Under the pieces are notes generated by a model. It saw only the letters and a program-made list of their open reading frames with translations. It was not told the DNA's origin and did not search any database. A stretch of 64,000 nucleotides of DNA, taken from the NCBI GenBank assembly GCA_964036045.1, contig OZ038378.1:194866001-194930000 (forward strand), written 5' to 3'. The translations under genes and the position numbers were made by a program. This document shows, one piece after another, positions 48,574 through 61,059 of the stretch (positions are counted from its first letter, which is position 1; every line of letters begins with the position of its first letter). This stretch comes from Eutreptiella sp. 'Long Island Sound 2002'. Taxonomy: Eukaryota > Protista > Euglenida.

Positions 48574-51500
48574 ATGTCGTCGGCGATCAACATCGCATGG
48601 GGCCAACGGGATGCCCATGGGTGGACATGTCCCTGTGGTGAGCGCTTATCAGTTCTAGCTACACCCGACACGCAGTCCTACCAGTTGCATTGCCAGGGCA
48701 AGAAGCATCGCGCAGGCATTTCCCCCGTTGTCAAGGGACACCAACTGTCCATGACGCGCTTTTTCAACAACTCGTCCCAAGGGTCGCAGCCCTCTCAATT
48801 GCAATCCAAGGAATCATCAAGGCCATCAGAAGACCCCAGTAGCCCACGTTCTGGGGCTAGTGAACCCTTGGCACTGCCACTCTCGCCTACTGTGTTGCCT
48901 AAGCGCATGGGTGCTTTGCCGCTGGGTGTGCCTAGTCCAATTGCCCTTCATGGGCGTTATCCACTGATGCGCCACTCCCACGAGAAAGTGCACTGGATAT
49001 ATGTGGATGGAGTTGGTTGTTTCTCGCGTGACCCGCCATGCAAGGGTGAGGCTCAAGTCGATGACAATGGGCATTTGATGCCTTGCACCCCATGTGAAGC
49101 ACTTCCGCGGGACCCCACAATGTGCCAATGGATGCGCGAGGAACGCACGGCTGATTCCAGTACTGAGCATTGGAAACTAGGCTTCCTGAAGCTATCAGAG
49201 CGTGCTGCGGGGCATTGTGCTGAGAAACGAGCCGTTGTCAGGGAATTGCGCCGAGTGTCTGATGTGTGTCAAACTCTCGTGCAGAAGTGCGATGCGTACA
49301 AGGCCCTTATTCTCGCCATTGGCCAGGACAAGCAGCCACTGGCTTCTTGTAGGGCCGCCCGTCTTATAGCGGCCGGACAAAGTGCGGCTGCTGTTTTGGA
49401 GGACATTTCGAAAGCTATTCAAGTGAACGTGCCCTTGACGCCGCAGACGCTGCAAGCTTTGGGGAAACATGTCAACATAGATATTGATGATGTCATCAGC
49501 CGTGGAAAGGCAGACCGGCAAAAATTTCGGCTCGTTCACCTATTCACGGGAAAGTTGGCTGCCCTTGGTGCAGAGCTGGCATCATACCATGGGCTCCCAC
49601 AGCAACACCAATCTGCAGCACACAATGTAATTCTTTTGGGTCAACTGGTGGACATGTGGTGCCCAGCGATGTTCTCTGTCACCTTACCCGCGGGCGTTGC
49701 ATTGGAGATGTACGTGGCTTTCAATCTGGGAATTTTCGCTCTTCGCAAGGAGCGTTCCACATTCAACAAGGTGTGGTACGTTCATGTATGCCGCACGACA
49801 CAGTCCATCTTGCGTCGGGTGCAACAGCTCATGGCCATGCAAGCTGAGTCCAGGCAGCCGATGAATTTCTACATGTGCCTGTCGGGTACCCAGCGCTTGG
49901 AGGAGTTGTTCTGCTTGATTCAAACGATGACATCGGATAGCAATTGCACCGACGTGCAGCTTGCTGAACGTGCTGACCTTGCAGCTTTGGTGGTGGAAAA
50001 TCTACACGCGGCATCCTGAGTGGGTACAATCCAAAGACGCGAGCGGTCTGGATCGGTTGCGCCCTTCACACTACAAGAGCAACGTGGCTGTGCGTGGCTT
50101 ATCGCTTCGCAAAATTATTACTGGTGCCATCGATCGGGTGTGCCGTATCTTGCAAACTCACCCCTTATTCCAAGATTGCGCAGAAAAGTTTGCTACTTGG
50201 GAGTCGGAGGGCATCACTGTGTTGGAACCCCACGGTGAGCCACTGTCTGATGGTGATGAAGTGGATAGTGATGATGAAGAGGCCGAGGTAGATCCACCAG
50301 CGCAGCCCAACCCAATCAGCCCCAAGACAGTTTGCCAATCTGTGGAGGTGTACATGAATGGGGCACGGGTGCAATACAAGGGCAAGGAAGCCCACATCAT
50401 GACCATTGTGAACGAGAAGTTCAACAAGAAGCGTGTACGCCGCGCATCGGATCGCTTGCTCAAAATTGAGGGTGTCACTGCCCAACCCATGCCTAAGGTT
50501 GCATACACTGTGACCCCTCTTGGTGAAATGTTGTGGGTGGGTGCCCCCTTCATAGCCCTTATCAATTTCCAAGAAGGCAAACGAAAGACGGTCCTCAAAA
50601 GCACGTGCTGGGTCTTTGCAGTGTTGGAGGGCAAATTGCATGGTTCAGTGGTGCACGAACCCACACATGTTGCCTTGAATTCAGGATACGGTGCTGTGAC
50701 CGGGATCCCCATGCTCTTTAAGCAGAGCGGAGATGGAATGCTGGAATATGTTTCAAATGTGGAGAAACAGGTCGCATTTGCCTACAAGGATGTGCATTTC
50801 ATCAATCCCGAATGTGGTGCGGACGGGACATGGAGGTTGTCATTGGAAGCCCTGACCACCATTGCAAATGGATTGTACACACGTAAAGTGCATGCACCAA
50901 TTGTAGCGTTGAACCCGTATGGCGGAATGGAGCCAGCCCCTGCAGTGCCCACCATGAAAGAAGGTGACCACGAGTGCCAATATTGCCAGATGTCCGTCAA
51001 GGGGAAGGACTTGATGCAGCATATGGCGTTTCACATTGGCCGTGGCGAGGCAAAGGGGGTTTGTCCTCTGTGCCTCTTTTGTGGGCACACTGATGGTGCA
51101 TGCCGCCTCCAGATGGCAAAGACAAAATTAGCCAATGCACGCTGGCAACCTGCCCCAGGGTCATGTGCACATCATTGCTTCCGGAAGGTCAGTATGGCAG
51201 CCCTAGCAAAGCAAATTGTGCACAACGAGCCCATCCAATGTGTTGTCCCTGGGTGTGGCCGCTGGGAATCTCGCTACAACATGCCCGGCCACTGCTGGTT
51301 GATGACACACATAAGAACTTCCCCTTCACAGAGCAGCATCGGGCGCTATGGGACGTTGACGAGGAGGAGAAGGCCATCGTGTAGAAAGGAATGACTGCCT
51401 GGGGAAAGGAGTTGGCTGCAAAGAAGAAGGAGCGCGAGAAGACGCGCGTGAAGGGAAAGCGGCAGAAATTGAAAGGTGAGACCAGGTTGCAACGTGACAT

Positions 51501-51922
51501 TCTCGCCAATGCAGACAATGTGGCAGAGCAAGCAGCAACAGCGAAGGCCCTCAAGGCAGGAGACAAAGCAGCAGCATCAGTCATGGTGGTTAGTCATGGT
51601 GGTTCAGGAACAACATGCTGCAGATTATGACCCTGACGAGGATGAGGACAACACCCGTCAGAGCAGTAGTAGCAGCAGCAACAACAGTAGCCGAAGCAGC
51701 GACAACAACAACAGCAGCAGCAACAGCAACAACAACAGTAGCAGCACCAAACAGAGCAGTAGTAGTAGCAACACGCGGGCCGAGAAGCGGAAGAAGAAGC
51801 AGATTCCGAAGAAGAAGAAGAAGCACACGAAAGCGAAATCCCCGGTAAAGCAGCAGGCTCCGGGCAACACAGGCCAGAAGCGACCCGCAGCTTCCCAAGG
51901 TGGGAAACCAAAGAAGCGATAA
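48574..51922 (+). pseudogene. Large DNA-transposase-like ORF (P-element/THAP9-like C-terminal signature) with several zinc-binding clusters; frameshifted and apparently internally deleted
   Basis: SGTQRLEELFCLIQTM resembles the (Q)DxLExxFxxxR last-catalytic-Glu motif. N-terminal CPC...HCQGKKH; C-terminal CQYC..H..H, CLFC, CVVPGC. Frameshift near 50000; S/N- and K-rich tail. Confidence 0.55.
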
Positions 51923-53667
51923 GTGGCTACTGGGGATAACTGGCAACAAGGTGCGTTGGCCGGCAATGGGGTGACCGCGTGATGCCAATCGAAACGCGAA
52001 ACGACTCGAAACGGCCTTACGGGAGTGGGCACCCCATTTGGCGGGCAAAACGTTGGCAAGCTAATGAAGGTTGGTAGGACATGGGGCTACGGTTTGGGGG
52101 GTTAGGACGAACGATGTGCATGCGGTGCAGCGATAAACACGCCTTTGACTACACGTTTTTTGTAGTCAGATAAAACCATAGGAGAAAAATTTTTTAGGCG
52201 ATGTGCGCGCAAGAACGGCGTAGTGCAACAATGTGCACCATTCACACACATACACAGACATACTAACACACCAACACACAAACTGTACCCTCACTGAGAA
52301 CCAATCTTTGTTGGCAAGCCATTGTGACGTAGTGGTCATCAACTAGCATGCGAGAAGGCAATGGGGACATGACATTGTGGGGTCCACTGTAGGCTTGGGC
52401 AACCTGCAGAACGGCCAGAATGGACATCAATCACCCTTGTCCTTCAATGCCGCTGGTTCGGTTTCTCGCCCCAGATGGGGTGTATTGCCTTATCTAGGGA
52501 CTCTTTCCTGCCGATATGAGGCCAGGGTGGGGCGCTGCACTGCAGCCTGAATAGACCGGGGGTCTTTGTGCCCTTAAACACAAATACCACCCATATCGGC
52601 TGAAATATCTATGGTTACCTTGAAAAACACCCTCCTTGCACCTTCCAAACCCAAACACGTGGGGTAGACTTGAGGAAATTTCAGGTTTTGGGGTCCGAAA
52701 AAATTTTCAGGCGAATTCCCCCCCCCCCCCCCCCCTCCTGGGGTACCCCCCGAAAAAAAAAGTTGTACGCCGGTACCAGGAATTTTTTTCTACCCCCCCC
52801 CCCCCCCGGGTCATGTCGCAATTAGGCCCACTTCTGGGCCTCTGAGAAGGCCACTTCGGGTTTCCATTTTCTACACACCTCCAAAGACCTTCAAGCTTGT
52901 GGTTCCATATCTCCTAGTTGCAGGCATGTGGCTGATAGCCCATTATGTGCCACCCACTCTCCCTACCCCAAACCCATGTGGGGGAGACAGCGAGAGTACC
53001 TGGTGAACTGGGTGCTATTGGCCATAATAATATTATGCTGAGTCGGAAGTGGCCGCGGCTGTGGCAGACAGCTCAGGTTGAGGGTCGGGCTGCCGGTGCA
53101 TCCCAATTTTTTCAGCTTTTGTGGGTCCTCTTCTCCTCGCCTTCTCCCTACCTAACATATCCGTTCGTCCTTTCATGCCCATACCCACTTTCAACCGTTT
53201 AAGTGCGCCCAGCTAAATTTTTAGTACAGGGATTGAGTTGCTGTGTCACACGAGCGCTGCACACTCCTGTCGTCATGAGGGAACCTACTGCCGGTTTAGG
53301 TGGTGTGACTGCTAGCATGCATGCTGGAAAATTTTCTGTCGATCCCACCCCTTGTCTACCCCATTGCAGTGGAGAAACCCCTTGCCGGTGCATTGGCGGG
53401 ACCTCTCGGTGAACACCCTTTCTGGTCCTATCCGATGCATTGGTTGGCAACAGTCTGGCCGACAAACTTAGGACAAAATAGCCGTTCGAAGCGTTACAGA
53501 GTTGCGCACAAACTCTGCACCAATCACGCAACGGCTGTTGACTTGCCATCCACCTCAGCCCAATTGTGAGCCACTTGGTGGTCCCATGACACGCAGTGCA
53601 TCTCCTGTAGATATCTGCAAAAGGCTATCCTTATGTGCACATTTTCGCCTCAACTTTGCTCCTGCAG

Positions 53668-53884
53668 AATCCACCAGCCTACAGCATCAGAGGCAGGCTG
53701 AAAGAGCGTCCAAAGGAGGAGGTGCCGGGCTTCATATACCATCCCAAGGACGAGCCCCGGAGCAACCCCCCCGCCTACTCATTTGCTGCCCCAGACCCAC
53801 AGCGCCTGGCAATTATGAGGCAGCAGAAGTCTCTTCCAGCCCGCGGGGCCATTCCCAAACCAAACTCCACCAAACGGCTCCTGG
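53668..53884 (+). CDS. PG-repeat gene exon F (NPPAYSIRGR...PGFIYHP...NPPAYSF)
   Basis: CCTGCAG acceptor, G|GTATGG donor, 217 nt (72 codons+1). Confidence 0.88.
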
Positions 53885-55095
53885 GTATGGACCCTCCTTT
53901 GGTCTGCAAGACGGCACCCAACAAAGAGGCGCAAACCAGTTGGTGCAGGGGGCGGTCGGTTGTTGGGGGGCAGAGGTGTTGGTGCATGGGCCGAGGTGGG
54001 GGGGGGGTGACGCGCAATTGGCGCCCAGGGGAGGGGGCGGCTCTGACCACCTCCCCTGAGCACCAAACTTCTGGTCTGTGGACATTGTCTACCACAAGCA
54101 CTGCACGTCTCGTGCCGCTTGGGGGTCTGTGCACGGTAGCGAGTTGCGCGCCAAGCGTATCTGCCCTGCACGTTCCCCACTTGGCGGGGGGGGGGGGGGG
54201 CTGTTGCAGGGGTCATGGACCTTTGTTCACCTTCCCCCCCCCCCTTTTTGGCCGAAAAGGGACCCCCCTCGTCAAACATCCGTAAGTTTTGTAGCATGTC
54301 ATGGCGCCCCCCCTGTTTGGGCCGTTGTGGGGCATCCTTGTGCACAGGGCACCCCAAGTCGCTTGCTGTTGTGGGGGCTTGGGCGTCGGTACTGTCCCTC
54401 ATCTCGCCCGCTGGGTGGACCCTCCCCCCCCCCCCCCAATGTCCAACGAACACTTCGGGTTGGACCGTATTTTTTGAGGATTTTATTGTTTGCTGGACAC
54501 GGGGGGGAGGGTAACATGCCCCGCATCATCATGAGTTTCTTGCAGAAGACCTGCCAAGCCCCAGTCACTGGCTCATGAGGGGTTCGCCAACCGCTTTTGG
54601 TTGGATACGGTGGTCAGGCGACATCCCCTCCCTGAGGGTGTCGACTGTGCGGACGCCCGCAGGACAGGAGCAGGGGAGGGAAGGGAGGGAGGGAGGGAGG
54701 GGCTTGGGGCGCGATGCGTACGCTGCGTACGGGCGCGCGCCACCTGCGATGGGGCTTCGTGCCACCAGCTTTTGCTGTTGTCAAAGTATCTGCAACCGTT
54801 GGATCTGCGGTGGCCGACTACCCGCGGCGAGAAGGGGGGGAGCCCCCCAGGGACTTGCTTTAATTTTCATTCCGGCAGGGGGGGGGGGGGGGGGCTCCCC
54901 CCTGGACCCCCTCCCCCCCTCCCCTCCCCCCTCAGCTCAAGTGCACCTGAAAACCTGGGGTTTGGGAACTTTTTTTAGTCATGGGAAAAAAATTTTCAGC
55001 GCCTTCGGCGCATGCCATTTACTGTGTACGTGTTGCTCCACGTGTGCTCCATATACCTTGTCTTGCAGACCACCATGCCCCAACGCTGATTGTGA

Positions 55096-55636
55096 GTGTA
55101 TTTCAGCTCCCCGGTCCAACCGTCGCCACGCGCAAAACGCGAAGACGTAATTGACGCGCTGCTCTATTTTAGGTTTAAAGATAGGACCACCAGTCGGAGA
55201 AGACAAGAATCCTACGACGAGGCACAAAAGACATGTGCCACACTTTTTTTTGAGCGTACCAATGGCCAAGGTGTGCTAGTTTGTCGCTGTGGCACAAAAA
55301 ATGGCCACACGCGACCTCGAAGTGCGTTGCCTGCCGCATGAATTTCATGCGATGCAGGCAACTTTTTGCGCGCGACTGAATATGCTTATGATGGAGCAAT
55401 TGTTAATAATTGCTTGTGATTGTGCTCCATGGGCTGAATATGATCTTTCTGCTGTGGCAGCAGAATTTCGGAAAACCAGACGGGTGCGCAATTTGCGCAG
55501 CAGGCGTAAGGACAAGGGTACCAAGCGACGGAAAACAGATGTTTCTGATGCTGAGGTACCTTCTGATCCGGAGTCAGTGGATGATGAGGCACTATCTAAT
55601 AATTTGTCTGATGTCTCCCACTCAGGCAGTGACTGA
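55096..55636 (+). pseudogene. Probable hAT transposase C-terminal (dimerisation region) relic
   Basis: RMNF...ARLNMLMMEQLLII...PWAEYDLSAVAAEF followed by a basic then acidic tail fits the RxRL..L..LM.I...P...FD pattern; frameshifted. Confidence 0.4.
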
Positions 55637-56117
55637 GGTTCGTCATCATCATCAAGTTCCAGTTCCAGTTCCACTACCGATGGAGGCTCCAGTTTAGGCG
55701 AGTCTAATTCTGACTGACAAGAAAGATCACTGTCATTTGGCATGAGATGGTGAACGTCCCGCTGTGTTGTAATTGTTGTGTATTGGTGAGGTGTGGGAAC
55801 CCTGAATTGACATTCAATGATGAATCACCTCGAAGAGAGGTTGTTAGATCAAGCGCAGGCGCGGGCGTCGTATACCCCCCTTTTTGGGGGTCATTCGCGT
55901 AGCATACCCCAAGGCATGATATTTGATGTCCAACCCCTTGTAAAATCATTATTTTGCCCAATAAGACCATCCCCCAATGGATTTTTTGATTTTGAGGCCT
56001 CTATCCCCTAAAACTGGATAACACTTTTTTGAGGGGGGGGTGGGGTGGGGGGGGGTCAAAAGTTTTTGCTGAAAAGGCTCCAAGCAATGGGAGACACATT
56101 TGTGTTACATCCACCCC

Positions 56118-56270
56118 CGGTCGAATGGTAACGCACCCAATTGCAGATTTTTCGGTCGGCGCTTCGAATCCTGGTGCGTGGACGCCGGCGGCGCCGCTGC
56201 CATATTGGCCGCACCAGGGTTTGAGCCGCCGACCAAAAAGTTTACCGCGGCCTGCATTACCATTCGGCCA
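56118..56270. repeat. Inverted pair of tRNA-like 61 bp arms around a 31 bp GC loop
   Basis: Left GGTCGAATGGTAA...CTTCGAATCCTGGTGCG; right, reverse-complemented, GGCCGAATGGTAA...GCTCAAACCCTGGTGCG. Confidence 0.75.
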
Positions 56271-56965
56271 CTGCCAATCCTGAGACTACTTGTTTTCCCC
56301 ACTGCTTGGAACCGTGTCTGCCACTGACAAAAAAGCCAAAGTGTGTTTTTCTGTCTGACTGACTGCTGGCCTGTCTAACTGACTGACAGCCTCTCTTCGA
56401 GGTGCACTGCCAAAGGCAATGCAATTTCCTTTGTTTACGGCCGACAACATGACATTTCCATGTGCTGAGTTGTTCATTCTCCAATAATTTTTCTGTTCCC
56501 TGTGGATTGGGTATGTTCCGGCGGGGGGGGGGTCCCCCCCCTCCCCTGGACCCCCTCCCCCCCCCCCCCCTCCAGGGCGCCCAGCCGCTGTCTCCCTGAC
56601 GCCAAGTGCCAGCCTCAATGGCATTTGTAACTGGCAGTAGCCGCCCCCAACCGCTTTGGCAACCTCCTCCAACCGCCTGTCTAACCGCCTCTGGGGCCGC
56701 CTTTGAGGTCCCTTCCCTTCTAATGCATCGCTGGGGTATAGGGGCCCGTGCTTGTCCTGGGGCAGGCACACAGCCCAAATCAAAGCTCGCTCACGGGACT
56801 TCGGTCTTGGCCCAGCCTCATACCCCCCCCAACCCCCATCACCATCCCTCCGAGCCCAAGATAGTGTGGTAGGACCAGGGGTTAATGGGGGAAAAGGTCT
56901 GTGCCCCGGTCCACAGACGCCACAAAAATCTTCCGGGCGCCGGTGGGGCCCCGGTCGGTCGTTTC

Positions 56966-57185
56966 TCATTGGTCACCGTTGGTGTGGGTGGGGGGGGGGT
57001 CTGGAGGGAGGGGGGGGGGGGTCTGGAGGGAGGGGGGGGGGTCCGCGCCACACGTAAGCCCCACGGCGCTGCACAAGAAATGGTGCCATTGGTCACCGTT
57101 GGTGTGGGTGGGGGGGGGTCTGGAGGGAGGGGGGGGGTCCGCGCCACACGTAAGCCCCACGGCGCTGCACAAGAAATGGTGCCAT
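56966..57185 (+). repeat. About 105 bp tandem duplication with G-run subrepeats
   Basis: CATTGGTCACCGTTGG...GCACAAGAAATGGTGC twice. Confidence 0.9.
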
Positions 57186-58088
57186 GCGTGGTCCTGCACA
57201 AACACCGCCTCGGCGCTCAGGCCGCAGCCCTCGTGACACACACCACTTCACCCAAACGCGTCAGTGAAACGGGGGAGGCAGGGGACGGCGTGCGCTGAGG
57301 TGGCGGTTGGTGCGCACACCCCTGCGCACACACCGCCACCGCAGTGCACCTGCGAAGGGGTCGCTGTTGGCAAGAAAGCCACAGCTTTCGAAGTGAACTT
57401 CACGGGCCTCCCCCCCCCCCCCCCATTTGTGGTGGTGGAAAAAAGGGGACTGTACCCGAGACTTGTGTGCCTTCAAAATGCTTCGAGTGAAGCGGTGGAA
57501 AATGCCGCCAAACAGCGAAAAACAATTGACCCCCCGCCCCCCCCCCCCCTCTCCCCGGGGTTGACTCTGCCCCCCTCCTCCCCATGCCGCTGGGGTTGGG
57601 GCCCAGAACTGAACCCCCCCCCCCCCCTTCACCGTTGGTCACCGCCCTGAGACACCCAAATGGTGCTGAAATGGCCCTTGCCTGGCCAACTGGTTTCGGC
57701 AACGTGCACGCGCGGCGCAACACGCAAAATTTTTTTCGTTTTTGTCGGGATTTTCGTCGGCTTTCGTCGGTTCAAATTTGGGTGGATTGAGATTGCTTAA
57801 AAATGGGGGAACAAGTGGGTTTGAAATTATGGGTCAAAGCTGGGGTGTTCCCTGATGTACCCAAGAGCGCTAAGGTGGTGTTCGTGCAGGCCCATGCACA
57901 AACACATTTCTTTGTGCAGCGGCCAGCCACACGGGGGGGTCCTCTGAGAGGGGCTCGGAGGTTTGGTCCGCAACACGATGCCCCCATCTTCAACTTGGCG
58001 CCGGCATTGGGAAGGGTATTCAGATCAATGCAGGGGTCCCCGGATCCCCCCCCCCCTCCATCCCAGGCGACCTATGCATTGCCCGCAG

Positions 58089-58258
58089 GTGAGCGGGAGA
58101 AAGCCGAAGAACCCGTGGATAGCGCCAGCAACGAAGACGCTGAGCAAAGCCCCGAGGACATGGAGGAGAACGAGGCGGAGGCGGAGAACCCGACGCCAAG
58201 TTCCGCCAAAGTGAAGCACGCGGAGCACCACGCATCGGTCCTTCGAGATGCAATGAAG
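58089..58258 (+). CDS. PG-repeat gene exon G (acidic linker)
   Basis: CCCGCAG acceptor, AAG|GTGCGA donor, phase 1-0. Confidence 0.85.
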
Positions 58259-60778
58259 GTGCGACCGGGCCACCAACCCCCACTCGGCCCCAGGGGTACC
58301 ACCCACACGGCGGTGTTGTGTGCAGGCTATTGCTTCAGGAGGGTGGTCAGGGGTCAAAAGAAAGTTTGTGTCCCGAAAATCGGCCTCAAACTTCCGGCCT
58401 CATTGATGAATCTCATTTTTTGCCTGAGAAAGATTTTTCTGATGTGGGTGGGTGGGTGGGTGGGTCGGCCGGGGCTCCCCCCCCCCCCCCCCGGTCCTTA
58501 AGCAATGGCCTGATTGTGTGTCCGCTGAATGCGCACCCCCTTCACGACGACTTGGCATCCGCCACTTTGTTGAGCGAACTCCGAGGGCAACATCCCCCCA
58601 TCGGTTGGTGCTGCTGGCGCCCCCCGGTCCGCCGACTCGCGGGAATCGGGGCCTCCAGGGCCCGACGCTCCCGGCGGCTGCGACAGGGCACGGGCAGGGC
58701 TGCCCGAAAGGTACCGTAGGGGGGCTTGCTATCCGTCGTGTCGAGTGGGTGCAGACGCCCCTGTGCTGACCACATGATGAGGGCGCTGTGATTGTGGACT
58801 GCCCCGTGCTTTTGTGATTCTCCATCCCCCCCCCCCCCCCTACAGCCCCCCAAACTGTCGCACACCCCTCGGGGTCACACATTGGCTGGCGGCGGCCCCC
58901 GTGGGTTCAATCAGGTCTGATCTGGGGAGTAAAGATGCATTCATATCAGAGTGTGGTGGGCATGGCATCTTTGTTGCTGTTTGTCTTTTTTTTAATCAAT
59001 CAATCCCTCGTTCTAATTAGGTCTCAGCCAGACTTGCCCCCAGCGTCTGCCAGCTCAGACGTGATCAGATAGAGCAGGGTCCTACCGAGCCACACACTGG
59101 ACGCAGCACGACTGAGTTACGGTGGTGCAGGGGGCAGGCAGTACTGAGTGGCCTATTGCTACTAAGAACCAGTTTTCCTGCCAGACGCTGGTGGCACGTC
59201 TGGTCTTAGCCCCCCCCCCCCCCCGCCTAATTTCCCCTTTTGCCCCACAGTTCCCCTGTTTCTCGAGAACGGGTGGGTTCGGCGGTAGTTGGTTCAGATG
59301 CCCGCAAGTCGCGATGGTGATCACAACACCAAGAACCCCAAGCGACGAGGCAGGATATCCCAACCTGACACCGGCGCGTGGCGCTTGGAATTCGATCCTC
59401 TCGCTGCGTCCTACTCCGAGTGGCGAGGCACCCCCGTTTGGCCTCGTTGCACTGTGCTACGCTCTGGTCATGGTCTGACGTGCTGCAGCCCTGGGCCCTG
59501 GTCATCACTCACCCCCGCTTTGAAGGGAGGGGGCTTGTCACGGGTTTTCACACAATGCGTGGACCCTGAAGTGGGCATTCGCTGGGCAGACTGCCTGTGT
59601 TCCACAAATCGGACTGCCGGGTCGGTCGGCTTCAATTGTTTTGACGATCCATTTTCTTGCTTCAACGACCGCCCGATTCGGCAGTTACTTTGCGGTTGTT
59701 GGTGTGTCATGGCTGTGTGACCAGCGGCATTGGTCTGTCAGTGGCGTTTCAGAGCATTGCCAAAAAGAATGCTGGACTCTGTCACACTCAGATCAGACCT
59801 CAAGACGTGTCAGTGGATCGCTGCCAACTGCCAATCACTGTCAGCCAACCGCCAACCGTATTCGGTTGACGGCGTCTTTAGCCGGCGGTCTTTCACAGAG
59901 AGGGAAAGAAAACAAAAGAACCTGGCTCCTTCAACACCGCCCTGACACAGAAAACCTCTTTGGCGGCCACCACGGGTTCGATTCCCAGCGTAACCCACTG
60001 AGTGACACACGGAGGAGGTCCTGAGAAGGGTCATGTTCGCACCTGGAGGGGCAGGCCTGTGCTTAATTTTTATTGGCAAGGCTCTCGGACCCCCCCCTCC
60101 CCCCCAGACCAAAGTGACCATTGTGGGCAAAAACGAAATTTGCCTTTGGAAAATCTGGTTGGCCTAATTGTACACAAATTTTTGGGTCCCAGACACCCCC
60201 CCCCCCCAACACCCGCTTCAACCACAGCCCTGTGGACAACCCCATCACTGTTGCAGAAAGCTGGGGGGGGCTGGGGGGGAGCGTGGTGATGTTCAATGCA
60301 AGAGGTTTGAACCGGGTACAAACACAGAGTTGCTTAACAACTCAGCATCTCCTGGGTGGGGGGGGCAAAGGGGGGGGTCTAACACCGCCCCCTCTCGGAC
60401 CCCCCCCCCCCCCCCCCAAAGTGATTGGGCCGACTTATTACCGGGTCAGAATGACGGTCAAGGATGGCAATAAGAATTGCGGGTGGAGATGGGAGATGGG
60501 ACCGGGTTCTGGCCTTAATTCCCTGTCTGCCCTGTCTGCCGTGGAACCCCCATTCTGCGACCGAGTATGGCATTTGTTGGTATACTGGCACCAGGGTGTT
60601 TCAGTCAGTTTTATTGTCACCCGCTCTGTGTGAAGAAAAAGGCCTCACAAAAACTCAGGGTCTCCTGGGGGGAATCCCCCCCCCCCCCTCCCAAGCGAAA
60701 CTCTGTACGCGCATTTCTGGATCCTGGGCCCCTAACCACCTGTCCACGGCCCAGTGTCATCTGCGCCTCGTGTTGCAG

Positions 60779-61059
60779 GACGGCCAAGGCAGTGGTCCGA
60801 GGGCCCCCCCCAAGACCATGACCACCACTGCCGCTGCGGGCCACGAGACGCCCGGGCCTGCCCACTACATGAACATCTACAAGCTGTTTGAGAACCGTCC
60901 GGGGGCGAAGGCTGCCACCATGGGGGGCCGCTACGACTCCAGCCCCCAGAAGCCCACCCCCGGGCCCGGGCACTACTCACCCCCGAGAGACACCCGCGGC
61001 ATGTCCAAACCAAAGCCGGGCACTTTCGGCACCGCCAAACGCGACACTTTTAGGAGCAA
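60779..61059 (+). CDS. PG-repeat gene exon H (ETPGPAHY...PTPGPGHYSP...TFGTAKR)
   Basis: GTTGCAG acceptor, AA|GTATGC donor; two classic SHIPPO-type PGPGxY repeats. Confidence 0.9.

Noticed and set aside
51590-52059. Poly-C/L/V/A ORFs
   Set aside because: Alternative readings of a CAG/CAA-type microsatellite in the transposase tail.
59975-59986. B box GGTTCGATTCCC
   Set aside because: No A box at suitable spacing.
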